Of a DNA stretch of 64,000 bases, positions 25,790 to 35,859 are shown in pieces. The translations under genes and the position numbers were made by a program. The notes beneath the pieces are model-generated. The model was not told the DNA's origin. It ran no database searches and saw only the letters and a list, made by a program, of their open reading frames with translations. Source of the stretch: a virus; the IMG/VR virus record IMGVR_UViG_3300030098_005409; one strand, 5' to 3'. Every line of letters begins with the position of its first letter. Position 1 is the first letter of the stretch.

Positions 25790-26863
25790 TTAGTAATCTA
25801 ATCTTACTCTAACTGTGAACTCCGTTGTTGGATCCTTCTTAAGGGGCTCGGACAACTTGGCAACAGCCAAAAGCTCATTGTCAGGTGAGTACAATCCTAC
25901 AGTAGTAGCGTAAGACACTGGAACGTCTGCGGAGTCATTCTTGACCACCAACTTACTCGCGCTGAGATATGTTGGGTTGGCAGAATAGTTAAACTCATTG
26001 TGGTTTGCTCTGCAGAAATAAACTGTTGAATTAAGCTCAACTGAGTTGTTAAACGACATGTCATATATCCTGTGCCTGAGTTCGTCGCAGTTTAACTTAA
26101 TTGTCGATCCCGTAAGAACCTCTACGGTATCATTCCCTGTTGAATCCATACTAAACACGCTAGAAATAGATGAACTAAGTAGTCCGCTGAATACCGAGGC
26201 CGTGACGACGGCTACACCAGCTTGGTAGTATATCAAACCGGCCGGCTGCTGAGTCGAGGCTGTTACACCGTTCAAGGGCGAGCCGGCGCTATTCTCAGCG
26301 TATAAGATTCCGTATTCGCCAGCGGGCGAATTGACTTTATAAGATGTTATTCCATCATTATCCTTTAGTGTGACCCTCTGCCCGAATGGGAGGGAATATG
26401 ATGCTGAGACACCTAATTCTAATGTGAAGGATCCTTTCTTAACCTCATCCTTGGTAAGAAGTCTAGTAAAGTTAATCACATATGCTTCATTAATCTTATT
26501 ACCGCCTGCAACTAAGTTTCCATCTTCATCAAATCTTCTAATATCATTGTTCTCATCAAATCCAACGAGAACCTGAGCCATTTGGTTATAAATATTAATT
26601 TTTTTGCTATTCTGGGAATTTGAGGCTCCGGAAAGGGTAGAGGCATTAGCATAACCAGCTGATAGATCAAAAATGTGATTGGCGGAAGAACTCAAATAAG
26701 GATAATCATAAACAGACTGAAATATGCCATGTGAAAAGTTTTTGATATTTTCGTCTGCGTAAGTTCCCGACACTATCGCACCCGTAATAGGAATAGCCTC
26801 GTGAAGAAGGTTCCTGGTAGAGATTACATCTTTTGCATTTAAAGTTTTGAAAGTAGTAGCCAT
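25790..26863 (-). CDS. Baseplate/tail structural protein (357 aa)
   Basis: YFCRA..NEFNYS-x-NPT...TTVGLYSPDNELLAVAKLSEPLKKD C-terminal domain. Confidence 0.65.
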   Translation of the reverse strand: MATTFKTLNAKDVISTRNLLHEAIPITGAIVSGTYADENIKNFSHGIFQSVYDYPYLSSSANHIFDLSAGYANASTLSGASNSQNSKKINIYNQMAQVLVGFDENNDIRRFDEDGNLVAGGNKINEAYVINFTRLLTKDEVKKGSFTLELGVSASYSLPFGQRVTLKDNDGITSYKVNSPAGEYGILYAENSAGSPLNGVTASTQQPAGLIYYQAGVAVVTASVFSGLLSSSISSVFSMDSTGNDTVEVLTGSTIKLNCDELRHRIYDMSFNNSVELNSTVYFCRANHNEFNYSANPTYLSASKLVVKNDSADVPVSYATTVGLYSPDNELLAVAKLSEPLKKDPTTEFTVRVRLDY

Positions 26864-26878
26864 TTTATATTCCTATAC

Positions 26879-27838
26879 CTATACCGATTTAATAAATCTA
26901 ATTGGGACGTCTACACGATACCCGGTGTTAACACCTGTTACTCGAACAGTTGAATCAATAAATCTCCACTGATTTGCTGATAGATCGTTTCCTGCTGGAT
27001 TAGAGAAGACCGTTGTTGCCAAAGAGCCTATCTGTGTGAAAAGAAAATCACTGGTTCGAAGGTCCAACGAGGACCCAACTCTAAACTGGAATCTTGTGCC
27101 TCTTGGTCCTGAGATTGATGATTCTGTTGTGCCACCTAGGTTTGTAACATAGCCCGCTCCTGCAGTCAAGTTAAAGAAATAAGAAGCAATACTATCATCA
27201 TCAATAAACGAGGGGGTTGCGCCCGGTACCGCTGTATCGGTGGATAATGCTGTGTTGGTAGTCGTTGGAGAAGATGGTGGTGGGAATATCTGACCCAATC
27301 TATTATCTAACTCTACGATGTACTGAGTTTCTATCAAATCTCTAGCTAGTGTCTCTTCACTTGAGACCTCAGTTGTGTCTAAACCCTGATCTGTGGCGAT
27401 ATGTGATATATCATCATTTGGCTTGTAACCATTTAAAACACCCTCTGAAAGGGTGCCCAAGTTATCAACTGTGGTTTTGTCGACCGGAATAACGAAAGTC
27501 CCGGAAGAGTGCTTTGCTGACCCCTGACCGGCAGTCGTAAACAGCTTGACAACCGGAAGATAAAGCAAATCATTTCGGTTAACTGTCAAAAGCTTTGACT
27601 TCATAAGAGAGGTATTATTAGTAAAAGCTTCTAAAACCGGTGATTGAAGGATTGTAATATCGTAATACGCGGAGCCGCTAGCGTTGTTTTTATCGTATAG
27701 CCCATAATCAATTTCATCATCGCCTAAAGCGAATTTCGAAATCCTAAAGGTACCATCGCCCTTTGCTAATCGCATCCTGCCTGTGTCTGTTAATACGGCG
27801 TCCAATATAATGTCGCCTGAGTTGTCTAGAAATCCCAT
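26879..27838 (-). CDS. Baseplate/tail structural protein (319 aa)
   Basis: ILDAVLTDTGRMRLA...ISKFALGDDEIDY N-terminus resembling tail-fibre attachment domains. Confidence 0.65.
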   Translation of the reverse strand: MGFLDNSGDIILDAVLTDTGRMRLAKGDGTFRISKFALGDDEIDYGLYDKNNASGSAYYDITILQSPVLEAFTNNTSLMKSKLLTVNRNDLLYLPVVKLFTTAGQGSAKHSSGTFVIPVDKTTVDNLGTLSEGVLNGYKPNDDISHIATDQGLDTTEVSSEETLARDLIETQYIVELDNRLGQIFPPPSSPTTTNTALSTDTAVPGATPSFIDDDSIASYFFNLTAGAGYVTNLGGTTESSISGPRGTRFQFRVGSSLDLRTSDFLFTQIGSLATTVFSNPAGNDLSANQWRFIDSTVRVTGVNTGYRVDVPIRFIKSV

Positions 27839-27856
27839 GTGTTTACCTCTCGTTAT

Positions 27857-27866
27857 TTAAATAGTT
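27857..27866 (-). promoter_or_regulatory. Putative late-promoter motif AACTATTTAA
   Basis: Intergenic, 18 nt upstream of ATG 27838 with GAGAGG between. Confidence 0.55.
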
Positions 27867-27884
27867 GTATGTTTTAAATAAATC

Positions 27885-29183
27885 CTATGGAGTTATAACT
27901 CCAGTGTTTTTGAATGTGACGTTTAAGTCTACTTTTCTGCCTGTCTTTTTACTTGTCACTCTAATTTTCAACGTCTTATCCCAACAATCAGCATCAATAT
28001 TGCCGGCATCGGTCAGGGTTACTTGGTCTAAAATATTATTTCCTGGCAATGTGCTAGTGGTAGCTGTTTGACTTATCGGAGTAGTATATTGCAAGTTGCG
28101 AAGCGAGGGCTCGATATAAACATACCTTCTACCTGATTTAGTTTTGATTTTTTGATCTGTTATGTTTTCTAAGTAAATAGTCTTTAGTATCAGATAAACC
28201 TGCCCCTCATTGTCAACAAGCTCAGCTTCAAAAATGTGGGTTGGGTTTGAAAAATTGTTATGTACATCAATCGCTCTTACACAATAATAGTATTTTGTAT
28301 TTGGAATAACTTTATCAATTAAGTGCGCTCCAGACGCTCTCTTGTCTATCGTTATTCTGCCACTAATAATCTTATGGGGGGCGCCGCTTACAGCAAAATC
28401 TGTGTAGGAGTTAGGTTTCGTTGTCGTTCTAAAAATCTCATATCTATCGATAGGATCATCGTTCTTGTAAGTTATGCGTAGCTTACCATTCTCAATCAAC
28501 TCTTCTAGAGTTACATCCGTTGCTAAAGTGTTTCCTTGCGCCACATATTGATTAATAATGGCATCTCGATCTGTTTCTTTAATAATTACTGGAGTTGTTG
28601 TGTATTCGCCAGTGCTAGAGTTTAGTAGCAAAAGAAGCCGATTGCTAACTCCACTGTACGGAACAATCCTAAAATCTGGGGGTACCGGAGGATTATCAAG
28701 TATTGTGCTAATGTGCGATGAATAAGGTATGACCGCGGCGCGGGCATCAAGGTCTGACTTAATCGTTGCCACGCCGCGAGGGACAATCCCCGCGTTCTGA
28801 AGGTCGGCTACCTCAAATCCATGCGGACCGGTCTTAAACTTAATCTTAAAAGTGTTCAGCCCCCCGTAAACTACATCTTGGCCCTCGTGGAAGACTGCCT
28901 GAATATAGTATCTTAAGTTAAAGTTGTTTTTGGTCCGATTGTCGTTATAGTACCCACCGAGTGTTTTAGCGTAAATATAGTACAAGGGGTATGCCTCCCC
29001 GGGGTTGTTAGCAGCTCGGTATGTGTTTTCAAACAAATTATTGATATCGTCAACGAACTGTTGAACTGAAATTACAGAATCATAATTATACTGTAGCGGA
29101 CCAAAGGAAAACTCTACAACAGTACCATCGTTGTATTCCTCTTCCATATCAAACCACCATTCAGTTTTTACGGGACTTACCAT
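27885..29183 (-). CDS. Virion structural protein with FN3-like C-terminal part (432 aa)
   Basis: YEIFRTT..P..Y..F and D-x-VIPNTKYYYCVRAID-x-H-x-NFSNP motifs. Confidence 0.55.
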   Translation of the reverse strand: MVSPVKTEWWFDMEEEYNDGTVVEFSFGPLQYNYDSVISVQQFVDDINNLFENTYRAANNPGEAYPLYYIYAKTLGGYYNDNRTKNNFNLRYYIQAVFHEGQDVVYGGLNTFKIKFKTGPHGFEVADLQNAGIVPRGVATIKSDLDARAAVIPYSSHISTILDNPPVPPDFRIVPYSGVSNRLLLLLNSSTGEYTTTPVIIKETDRDAIINQYVAQGNTLATDVTLEELIENGKLRITYKNDDPIDRYEIFRTTTKPNSYTDFAVSGAPHKIISGRITIDKRASGAHLIDKVIPNTKYYYCVRAIDVHNNFSNPTHIFEAELVDNEGQVYLILKTIYLENITDQKIKTKSGRRYVYIEPSLRNLQYTTPISQTATTSTLPGNNILDQVTLTDAGNIDADCWDKTLKIRVTSKKTGRKVDLNVTFKNTGVITP

Positions 29184-29192
29184 TATAACTCC

Positions 29193-32042
29193 TTATCCTA
29201 TCAATCCATTAATGAGCAGGTTATTAATTAAATTTAAATTAGCACCCGCATCCTCAACCGCGACATTCCCTGCTGCCATATTGTTGCCGGCATCATCTAC
29301 AACATTATTTCCTGTAGAGAAATCACCATAAGCCATGTTGCCCACATTACCAGCAGCATTGTTTGAAGCGCCAGCGGCATTGTTGACTCCAGTGTTGAGG
29401 AGTTCTTGAGCAATTTCAAATGCATCATTAATCGGGGGTCCGACCCCGCCAAATCCTCCGACTGCTCCCGGTGTGAGGGTCGAGTCGTGGGAGAAGATGA
29501 ACTCCTCCAAGAGGTTTTCCTGGCCAGGGGGTCCTTGTTGAAGTCCGACTACGATTTCTGCCTCTCCTGCTTGAATCAAGATATTCTCGGCCTCTTGGGC
29601 TCCTGTAATCTCTTCAATGGAGTCTTCTATGCCCTCATCAATCGCATCCCCTATAGGATCATCTTCAGGGCCGAGGAAGTCACCGACTGGGGGGCAATCC
29701 TCCTCCTCTGGTAATTCACTCAACGGTCCATATATATTCAGTGCGGTTGTGGGCATGGCGCCGCCAGAGTTATTTCCATCAAATCCGGGTCCATATTTTA
29801 TTCGTAGTGGTAATAAACTCAAGTCAGTTTCAACTATTTGTCTAGAGTTTTGATAAGCACCTAGTGTATATGTTGTGTCTGTTCGAACACCAAAAATCTG
29901 ATCGATGTAATAGGCTGCGGCAGGGTCACCTGACGGATACACTTTGTAAACATAATTACCCTGTAATCCTGACGGCGGTACTGCGCCGGGTTCCTCATCC
30001 TCCGGGGTGTATTGAAAACCATTCAGGTTATTAGAAATTGCGAAGGTCTCTGTTGCCTGGAACGCAGCCGCCTCCTCAGCATAAATTCCCAAGGCGTTAG
30101 CTAGGGCGCGTCCTTGCCCGACAGCGCCAGAGTTAGCAATAGTAACTACACTATCATAATAGTAACTTTCACCAATGATCATGCGAATTTGTTTAATATC
30201 GTACTGATACCTGACACCGTATTTTATCTGCGTGTCGTAGTATACGGCGCCTTTTTGGTTGTATACAATGTCTCGTCCAAAAAACAGTCGCTGCACAACT
30301 GGTTCTGTGGCTGCAGCCGAAGTTTGTCCTGCCGGTACGACTCTTTTCTCAACAACATACATAATTGCCTCAGAGTTGTGTATTGCGAGGTTCCTATGAA
30401 CAGGGAAAAAGCTCCTTCGGTAATCAGCAATTATGTTTAGCGCCTGCGTGATATCAGCTGTTGTAAGAGCGTTAAACCAATTGGTATAGAACGCCGCCAG
30501 AGGGGTGGGTGTGGTAGAGTCCTCCTTGGGAGCGGTGACAAGAGATGCTCCCAACTCTGTAGAAGCACCTGTTGCAAAATCTTGTGAACTAAACCCCGGA
30601 TTAGCGGACTGAAGCAATCCACTAATAAAGTCAAACGGTCCACCTTGCGTCTGCATACCATCGAGAGCCTGTAAGAAATCTTCTAAAACAGCATCTATTC
30701 TTAACGGAAGTGATATCTGCAAGTTGTTTGCAATAACTTGGTTGTTTTCAGTTGTATCATATATAGTAAAAGGTACGGTAGGCGGCTGTTGGGCGTTACC
30801 CAACTTAAATTCTTTTATGATCAATAATTCTAAAGTTAATAAAAGTCCCCGGGTAAAAACTGAACTCATCCCAGACTTTAATGCCTCTATGACCGATACC
30901 GAACCTTGGACCATATCCCACTGGTTATCATAAGGTATGGTAATCTTGTTGTAGAAGGGATATGTGTCAACGGCTGCCAAATCATCCGACTCGTCATCAG
31001 TTCCTCGGTTGTCTCTGGCTATGTTATTTATATCCGTTAGCGTGCTAAAGGAAATATCGCGGCTTAACACCGCCACATTTCCATAATTTTCAGTATAGCT
31101 CTGGTTCAGTATTGATACCTTGTTACAATAAAATTGAAAATATCCTTGAGAATTAGTTTGATTTTCAGTTATGTCCGACCCACTCAGGCTCCCAGCTAAC
31201 ACATCTTTGTATTCGCTTGTTGTGACTTCTTCTCCAAGGGCAAATGGAACATACGCTGTCGGAATAGAATCCCCTGGGACGTCCGAAAGCAGTGTCGAAA
31301 TCTCAACATGGTAAAAGTTTGGTATTAAAGTCTCTGATAGACTTGAGATGGCTGCTTCGTAATCGGGGCTTGTGTCTAAAAACCGGTTGTATTTAGGCTC
31401 TATTTCAATATTGTATCCTGACGCCGGCGCTTGTGGGTCATAGTGGTCATATGTAAACTTATGACTTAGTATCGGATTACCGGAACCAGCAGGTGCTTGT
31501 GCCATTAGAGGTAATGTATTTTGAGTAGCGCCAGCCATTCTAGCATCTGTAGTCAGTAGACCGTAAGGTGCCTCGTTGTTAGCCGGTAAGTTTTGAGGGT
31601 TTACAGAGAAATACTTTTCAAAGTAAGGAACGCCCGCAACGTTAGTATCCGGATTGTCCTGGTTTAGAAGATTGTTTACTTCGACTGGTCCATCGATATT
31701 GCCAGCATTCCAGGCATCTTCAAAAAACGTTAACGTAACAACGTGAGTTTTTGTGTCTTTTGAATAGGCTCCTGGAGTTGTTTGGTAGTAGCCACCCATC
31801 AGGCTCTTGCGAAAGGGATGACTTACAATCCCATCAAACTGAACGTTCGCGTTAACCTCTAAGTTGCCGTTTTCCGCATTTGTCCGCAATGCTGGAACAT
31901 CTCCCTGGGCATCTCTAAGTCGATCAGCCGATTTCCAGTCACTCCGAATTAAAGGGTGGAGTTGGAACTCGCCTCTCATGCGCTCATCTTCATTAAGCCC
32001 GAGAATGTTTGAATTTACTGCTTCGTATCTTTTTGATGCCAT
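29193..32042 (-). CDS. Large structural-operon protein (949 aa)
   Basis: Long ORF in the tail operon; YYDTQIKYG..YQY FN3-like strand; Asn/Ala/Gly low-complexity C-terminus. Confidence 0.6.
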   Translation of the reverse strand: MASKRYEAVNSNILGLNEDERMRGEFQLHPLIRSDWKSADRLRDAQGDVPALRTNAENGNLEVNANVQFDGIVSHPFRKSLMGGYYQTTPGAYSKDTKTHVVTLTFFEDAWNAGNIDGPVEVNNLLNQDNPDTNVAGVPYFEKYFSVNPQNLPANNEAPYGLLTTDARMAGATQNTLPLMAQAPAGSGNPILSHKFTYDHYDPQAPASGYNIEIEPKYNRFLDTSPDYEAAISSLSETLIPNFYHVEISTLLSDVPGDSIPTAYVPFALGEEVTTSEYKDVLAGSLSGSDITENQTNSQGYFQFYCNKVSILNQSYTENYGNVAVLSRDISFSTLTDINNIARDNRGTDDESDDLAAVDTYPFYNKITIPYDNQWDMVQGSVSVIEALKSGMSSVFTRGLLLTLELLIIKEFKLGNAQQPPTVPFTIYDTTENNQVIANNLQISLPLRIDAVLEDFLQALDGMQTQGGPFDFISGLLQSANPGFSSQDFATGASTELGASLVTAPKEDSTTPTPLAAFYTNWFNALTTADITQALNIIADYRRSFFPVHRNLAIHNSEAIMYVVEKRVVPAGQTSAAATEPVVQRLFFGRDIVYNQKGAVYYDTQIKYGVRYQYDIKQIRMIIGESYYYDSVVTIANSGAVGQGRALANALGIYAEEAAAFQATETFAISNNLNGFQYTPEDEEPGAVPPSGLQGNYVYKVYPSGDPAAAYYIDQIFGVRTDTTYTLGAYQNSRQIVETDLSLLPLRIKYGPGFDGNNSGGAMPTTALNIYGPLSELPEEEDCPPVGDFLGPEDDPIGDAIDEGIEDSIEEITGAQEAENILIQAGEAEIVVGLQQGPPGQENLLEEFIFSHDSTLTPGAVGGFGGVGPPINDAFEIAQELLNTGVNNAAGASNNAAGNVGNMAYGDFSTGNNVVDDAGNNMAAGNVAVEDAGANLNLINNLLINGLIG

Positions 32043-32044
32043 TA

Positions 32045-34882
32045 CTAGTACCCGCCTCCACCGGAGCCGCCAGGAGCAGGGGATGTTGTCCTTCTCGGTG
32101 CGACAGTTGCTGTCTCTGACCTTTGGCGCGAGCTTTCAGTCGGTTCCGACGTCGTTAAGGGTGCAGCTGGTCGACTTGAAAGATATTCAGACATCACCGC
32201 TTCGGAGGCTCCTTTAATGTTGAGACTTTCATTAAATAGTTTTGTTACGTTTTTGTTTATTGTTTTCATTACGCGGTCAGAGCTAATATTTCCCGTCGTT
32301 GTCCTTGGATCCTGATCTCCCAATATAAACATTTCGTCATATTTCTCTAATTTAAATTTGTTCGGCACGTTTAAGACATTGTTGGGTTCGGTAAGCCTAC
32401 AAAGAACCGGGTTATTAGAATTCCTAAGTGTATCAAAATTTTGCGCCGTCATGGGCGCCCATGAGTCGCCATTACCCACAGAGTATTCTATCTTTACGAC
32501 TGAATTAAAATTAAGGTTTTTTTCTAGAACATTAAGACTATCAAAGTTTTCTGGTGACTTTGTCAGTTGCTCGTAAGCCAGGGATCCAAAAATTGCCTCT
32601 TCATTAACAGGCTTCACATTTTTGAAGTCAGTTGCTTTTTGTTGAATGGCAAATTGTATTAAGTTGTTATCAATATAGTCAGATCTGCGTCTGCTCATTT
32701 GTTTTATTTTTGATTCTAAGCTTCCCGAAGCTGCAGCGGTGGCACTTTTATTATCTTTGACGAACACGCTGGTGCTTGAAAAATAATCTGATGAATCCGC
32801 TCGGCCGCTACCCTTGTCTGACGGTTTCTGATTGTATATGCTTTTGAGAGGTATGGTGCCCGGGGCAAACATGATTCCACTAACACCCAGTAAAGATTGA
32901 ATAGCATCAGATTGACTATCCTTTAGATTAGAATTGGCTTTAAAGTTTTTTGATTTTGTTGAAACTACTTCGTTAGCTTGTAACAAATCTAATGATTTAT
33001 TAAGTGAGTTTTCCTTTTGTACCTTGAATGATGTGGTATTGGTTTTAACCTCACTAGGCGAGATGAACCCAAATTTGTTTATCTCTATATTGTTTGTCAA
33101 CGCAACATCATATTTAGCTTCTTCGCTAATAATTCTGTTTTTAAACTGATCAAAACCAATTCTACTTAATCCTGAATCTGATTGTTGGACATCGTTTCCT
33201 AGGTAATCAAACCCCGCTTTGTTCGACAAAGAATTCAGGTAATTCTTTTTTATGTCCGAAACAACTTTGAGCTTTCTCACTAGGGGTTCGGATCCCGCGA
33301 TTGATGAATTAAAGTTTTGGCTCTTTTGAATTTTACCTGTCGACTTATTAGATGTTTTATGGATCATTACCTCCACAAAATCATTTAATATTTTATTGAA
33401 CTCCGACAGAGACTTTTGGCTAGCCGAATATGGGCTGGCGAATGTAAGCATGTTTTGTGCTATTAAGCCAACCGGGATAGGTCCGACGCGGGCGCCAAAA
33501 ACGAACTGTAAGATCGCTATGTAAGCCTCAAGAGATGACTTCCAACTTTTGTCGGCTGCTAGCTCCGCTTCTCTCGCTATAGTGTTTTGCTGAACATCAA
33601 AACCTTTTTTGCCGTAATTGTTGAATTTTAAATTATAAGATTGAGCGATTGTTATTTTATCTTGAAGGTCGCTAATCATTTCAGACACTATCTTTAATGA
33701 ATTATCATTTATTTCAATTTCAATATCGTAATGATAGTACCCTTCAATCTCATCCTGCATTTGATTATCCACTATTAGCAGTGGCATAATGTTCACTCCA
33801 TTATCAGATGCATTGGCTCGTATAACTTTAACCGAACCATCCGACAGGGTTCCGACCAATCTTCGGGGTGCCCTGCTGCTTATAGTCTGCTCGCCCACTG
33901 GTCTTATAGGCGTTAGGTAGTTGCCAAAGCTTGTAGATTCAATTTCATGCCGATAAACTTTTATGTCCAAAATATCTACAACTGATAATAGCGCCGTGTT
34001 GTTGTCGAACAAGTAAGATAGTGCGGCGTTACTTCTAACATACCGAAGGAAGTGGAAATCAGCACAGACTCTCACTGACCCGTTTTTTGTCCGAGAATAG
34101 CTTACATTATTGAAATACTCTCTTAAGGGCGCGGATTTACGAAGTTTTGAACTAATCAAGGAGTTTACAACAGAGGTGCGATAATCTTTAATTTTTTGAT
34201 TTGGTACCTCAAATTCTTCAAGTCTCGGATGGCGCTTATCGCTATGGGTGGAGCCCGCCATCAATCCTGTTTGACTGTGTCGATGGACCGGTCCTGTCCA
34301 GACATCCCCCTCGGTGCCGAAGCCTTCGACTGTTTCTAGTAATTTGTATATAACGGATGTTCTGTTTATAGTGCCGGCAGTCTTTACTCTTTCCACCAAA
34401 TAACGACTAATGTTAAAATTTGTGCCCAAATATAACTGCTGGTCAGTGATTATTTCACTGGTGAAGCACAAGATTGAGAGGTGTTGTAATGGAATTGTGC
34501 TTTTAATCACTATAGGTACATCCACTACTTTAGAAAAGATTGTGGAATCTTCTTTGCTGTTGAAGTATGTTCTAGATCCTTCTTTCGACAAATTATTAAT
34601 GTGAATATTCTTGATTAGATCAGACTTCCTATAGACATATTTTTTGACCATATCACCGATACTTAAGACAGACTCCTCATTTTCGCTGGTGATAGCAGAG
34701 ACATTAAGGTTGAACGTCGTGTTATAAGTTGGCGATGTTGTTTGCACAAGCACGCGAACAACTATATTAAATTCTCTTATCTGCTCCTCTTGCTGCTCGG
34801 AGGGCAAGATATCTATCTCCTTAATCAAAACAGTAGGCAGGTTTGTATCGTAGATGCCTTTTGAAATATTCAACATTAGCAA
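32045..34882 (-). CDS. Large structural-operon protein (945 aa)
   Basis: Long ORF in operon; WTGPVH-x-H...MAGS-x-H motif; no catalytic motif recognised. Confidence 0.6.
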   Translation of the reverse strand: MLMLNISKGIYDTNLPTVLIKEIDILPSEQQEEQIREFNIVVRVLVQTTSPTYNTTFNLNVSAITSENEESVLSIGDMVKKYVYRKSDLIKNIHINNLSKEGSRTYFNSKEDSTIFSKVVDVPIVIKSTIPLQHLSILCFTSEIITDQQLYLGTNFNISRYLVERVKTAGTINRTSVIYKLLETVEGFGTEGDVWTGPVHRHSQTGLMAGSTHSDKRHPRLEEFEVPNQKIKDYRTSVVNSLISSKLRKSAPLREYFNNVSYSRTKNGSVRVCADFHFLRYVRSNAALSYLFDNNTALLSVVDILDIKVYRHEIESTSFGNYLTPIRPVGEQTISSRAPRRLVGTLSDGSVKVIRANASDNGVNIMPLLIVDNQMQDEIEGYYHYDIEIEINDNSLKIVSEMISDLQDKITIAQSYNLKFNNYGKKGFDVQQNTIAREAELAADKSWKSSLEAYIAILQFVFGARVGPIPVGLIAQNMLTFASPYSASQKSLSEFNKILNDFVEVMIHKTSNKSTGKIQKSQNFNSSIAGSEPLVRKLKVVSDIKKNYLNSLSNKAGFDYLGNDVQQSDSGLSRIGFDQFKNRIISEEAKYDVALTNNIEINKFGFISPSEVKTNTTSFKVQKENSLNKSLDLLQANEVVSTKSKNFKANSNLKDSQSDAIQSLLGVSGIMFAPGTIPLKSIYNQKPSDKGSGRADSSDYFSSTSVFVKDNKSATAAASGSLESKIKQMSRRRSDYIDNNLIQFAIQQKATDFKNVKPVNEEAIFGSLAYEQLTKSPENFDSLNVLEKNLNFNSVVKIEYSVGNGDSWAPMTAQNFDTLRNSNNPVLCRLTEPNNVLNVPNKFKLEKYDEMFILGDQDPRTTTGNISSDRVMKTINKNVTKLFNESLNIKGASEAVMSEYLSSRPAAPLTTSEPTESSRQRSETATVAPRRTTSPAPGGSGGGGY

Positions 34883-35859
34883 GGCTCCTCGTTATCAGAA
34901 GTATACAAATCTCTTGAGAGTTGAGTTCTGGCAATCGTACCTTTAAGGGTGCTATCTTTTATACCCAATCTTTGGATTACCTCGTTGGGCATCTCAGAGT
35001 CAACAAATATGTTTGCAAAGAATTCAACCTTTTGATCACTTAAGTCTTCGTCTAAGTTATCGGACGCGAGGAAGGTTTTTTGTGTATATGTGCCATCGGA
35101 ACCCGATAGGAAAACTTCGATTTCAAAATTTTCTTTCAAATTGTCAGTATTTCTCTCAACGACATCCAGAACTAAATAATCTTCCTGCAAGTACAAAGAA
35201 ACACCAGTATCATTATCTTCCGTTAAGCGAACTATTTTGGCCGCTTCCTCAGATGTAAAATCATCCATTTCGTCATCGGATGAATAAAAAGATTTGTAAT
35301 CTATCGTTACATCAATTTGTGGGATATTTCGTACAATACCGTCTGCCAAACTGGTATTGCTGGCTGTAAGGTTAACTGTCTGATAATACTGACTGGAGGA
35401 TATTTCATTCTCAAGCGCATTGATGTGCCATGCCGGCGCATATTGCGTCTTAAGGTCGCTGGTTCCTAATGGGTCAGACCCTAGAAAAAACTTTTGTGCA
35501 AACTGCGGGGTGTCCTGGAACACGTTTACAAAATCAACCGAGTTTTCTGATATAACATATTGTCCAGTGGCGCTATCTTTCTCTTGTAAGGGCCCGGAAA
35601 CATCATCCAGAAACTGATTGACCCTTGTTTCAGCCCCTGTTGTGCTTTTTTGAACTTTAAGAGCGGGTGTATCGAATCGTATTCTTCTGTCAGCGTGGTT
35701 CTGACCTTCAGAAAATCCGGCTGCCTCTGTATTGTACAGAATATCATCGTCAAAAAAAGCATAAAATGCTGGCTTAAAGCGTCCAAGCTCTAGCTTTTTC
35801 TTGCCATATTCAGTTAGCTTAAATTCTAACACCTCTTCTTTTTTATCAAAAAAGCTCAT
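34876..35859 (-). CDS. Baseplate/tail structural protein (327 aa)
   Basis: VLEFKLTEYGKKKL...YAFFDDDILY N-terminus, paralogous to the 319-aa protein. Confidence 0.6.
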   Translation of the reverse strand: MSFFDKKEEVLEFKLTEYGKKKLELGRFKPAFYAFFDDDILYNTEAAGFSEGQNHADRRIRFDTPALKVQKSTTGAETRVNQFLDDVSGPLQEKDSATGQYVISENSVDFVNVFQDTPQFAQKFFLGSDPLGTSDLKTQYAPAWHINALENEISSSQYYQTVNLTASNTSLADGIVRNIPQIDVTIDYKSFYSSDDEMDDFTSEEAAKIVRLTEDNDTGVSLYLQEDYLVLDVVERNTDNLKENFEIEVFLSGSDGTYTQKTFLASDNLDEDLSDQKVEFFANIFVDSEMPNEVIQRLGIKDSTLKGTIARTQLSRDLYTSDNEEPC

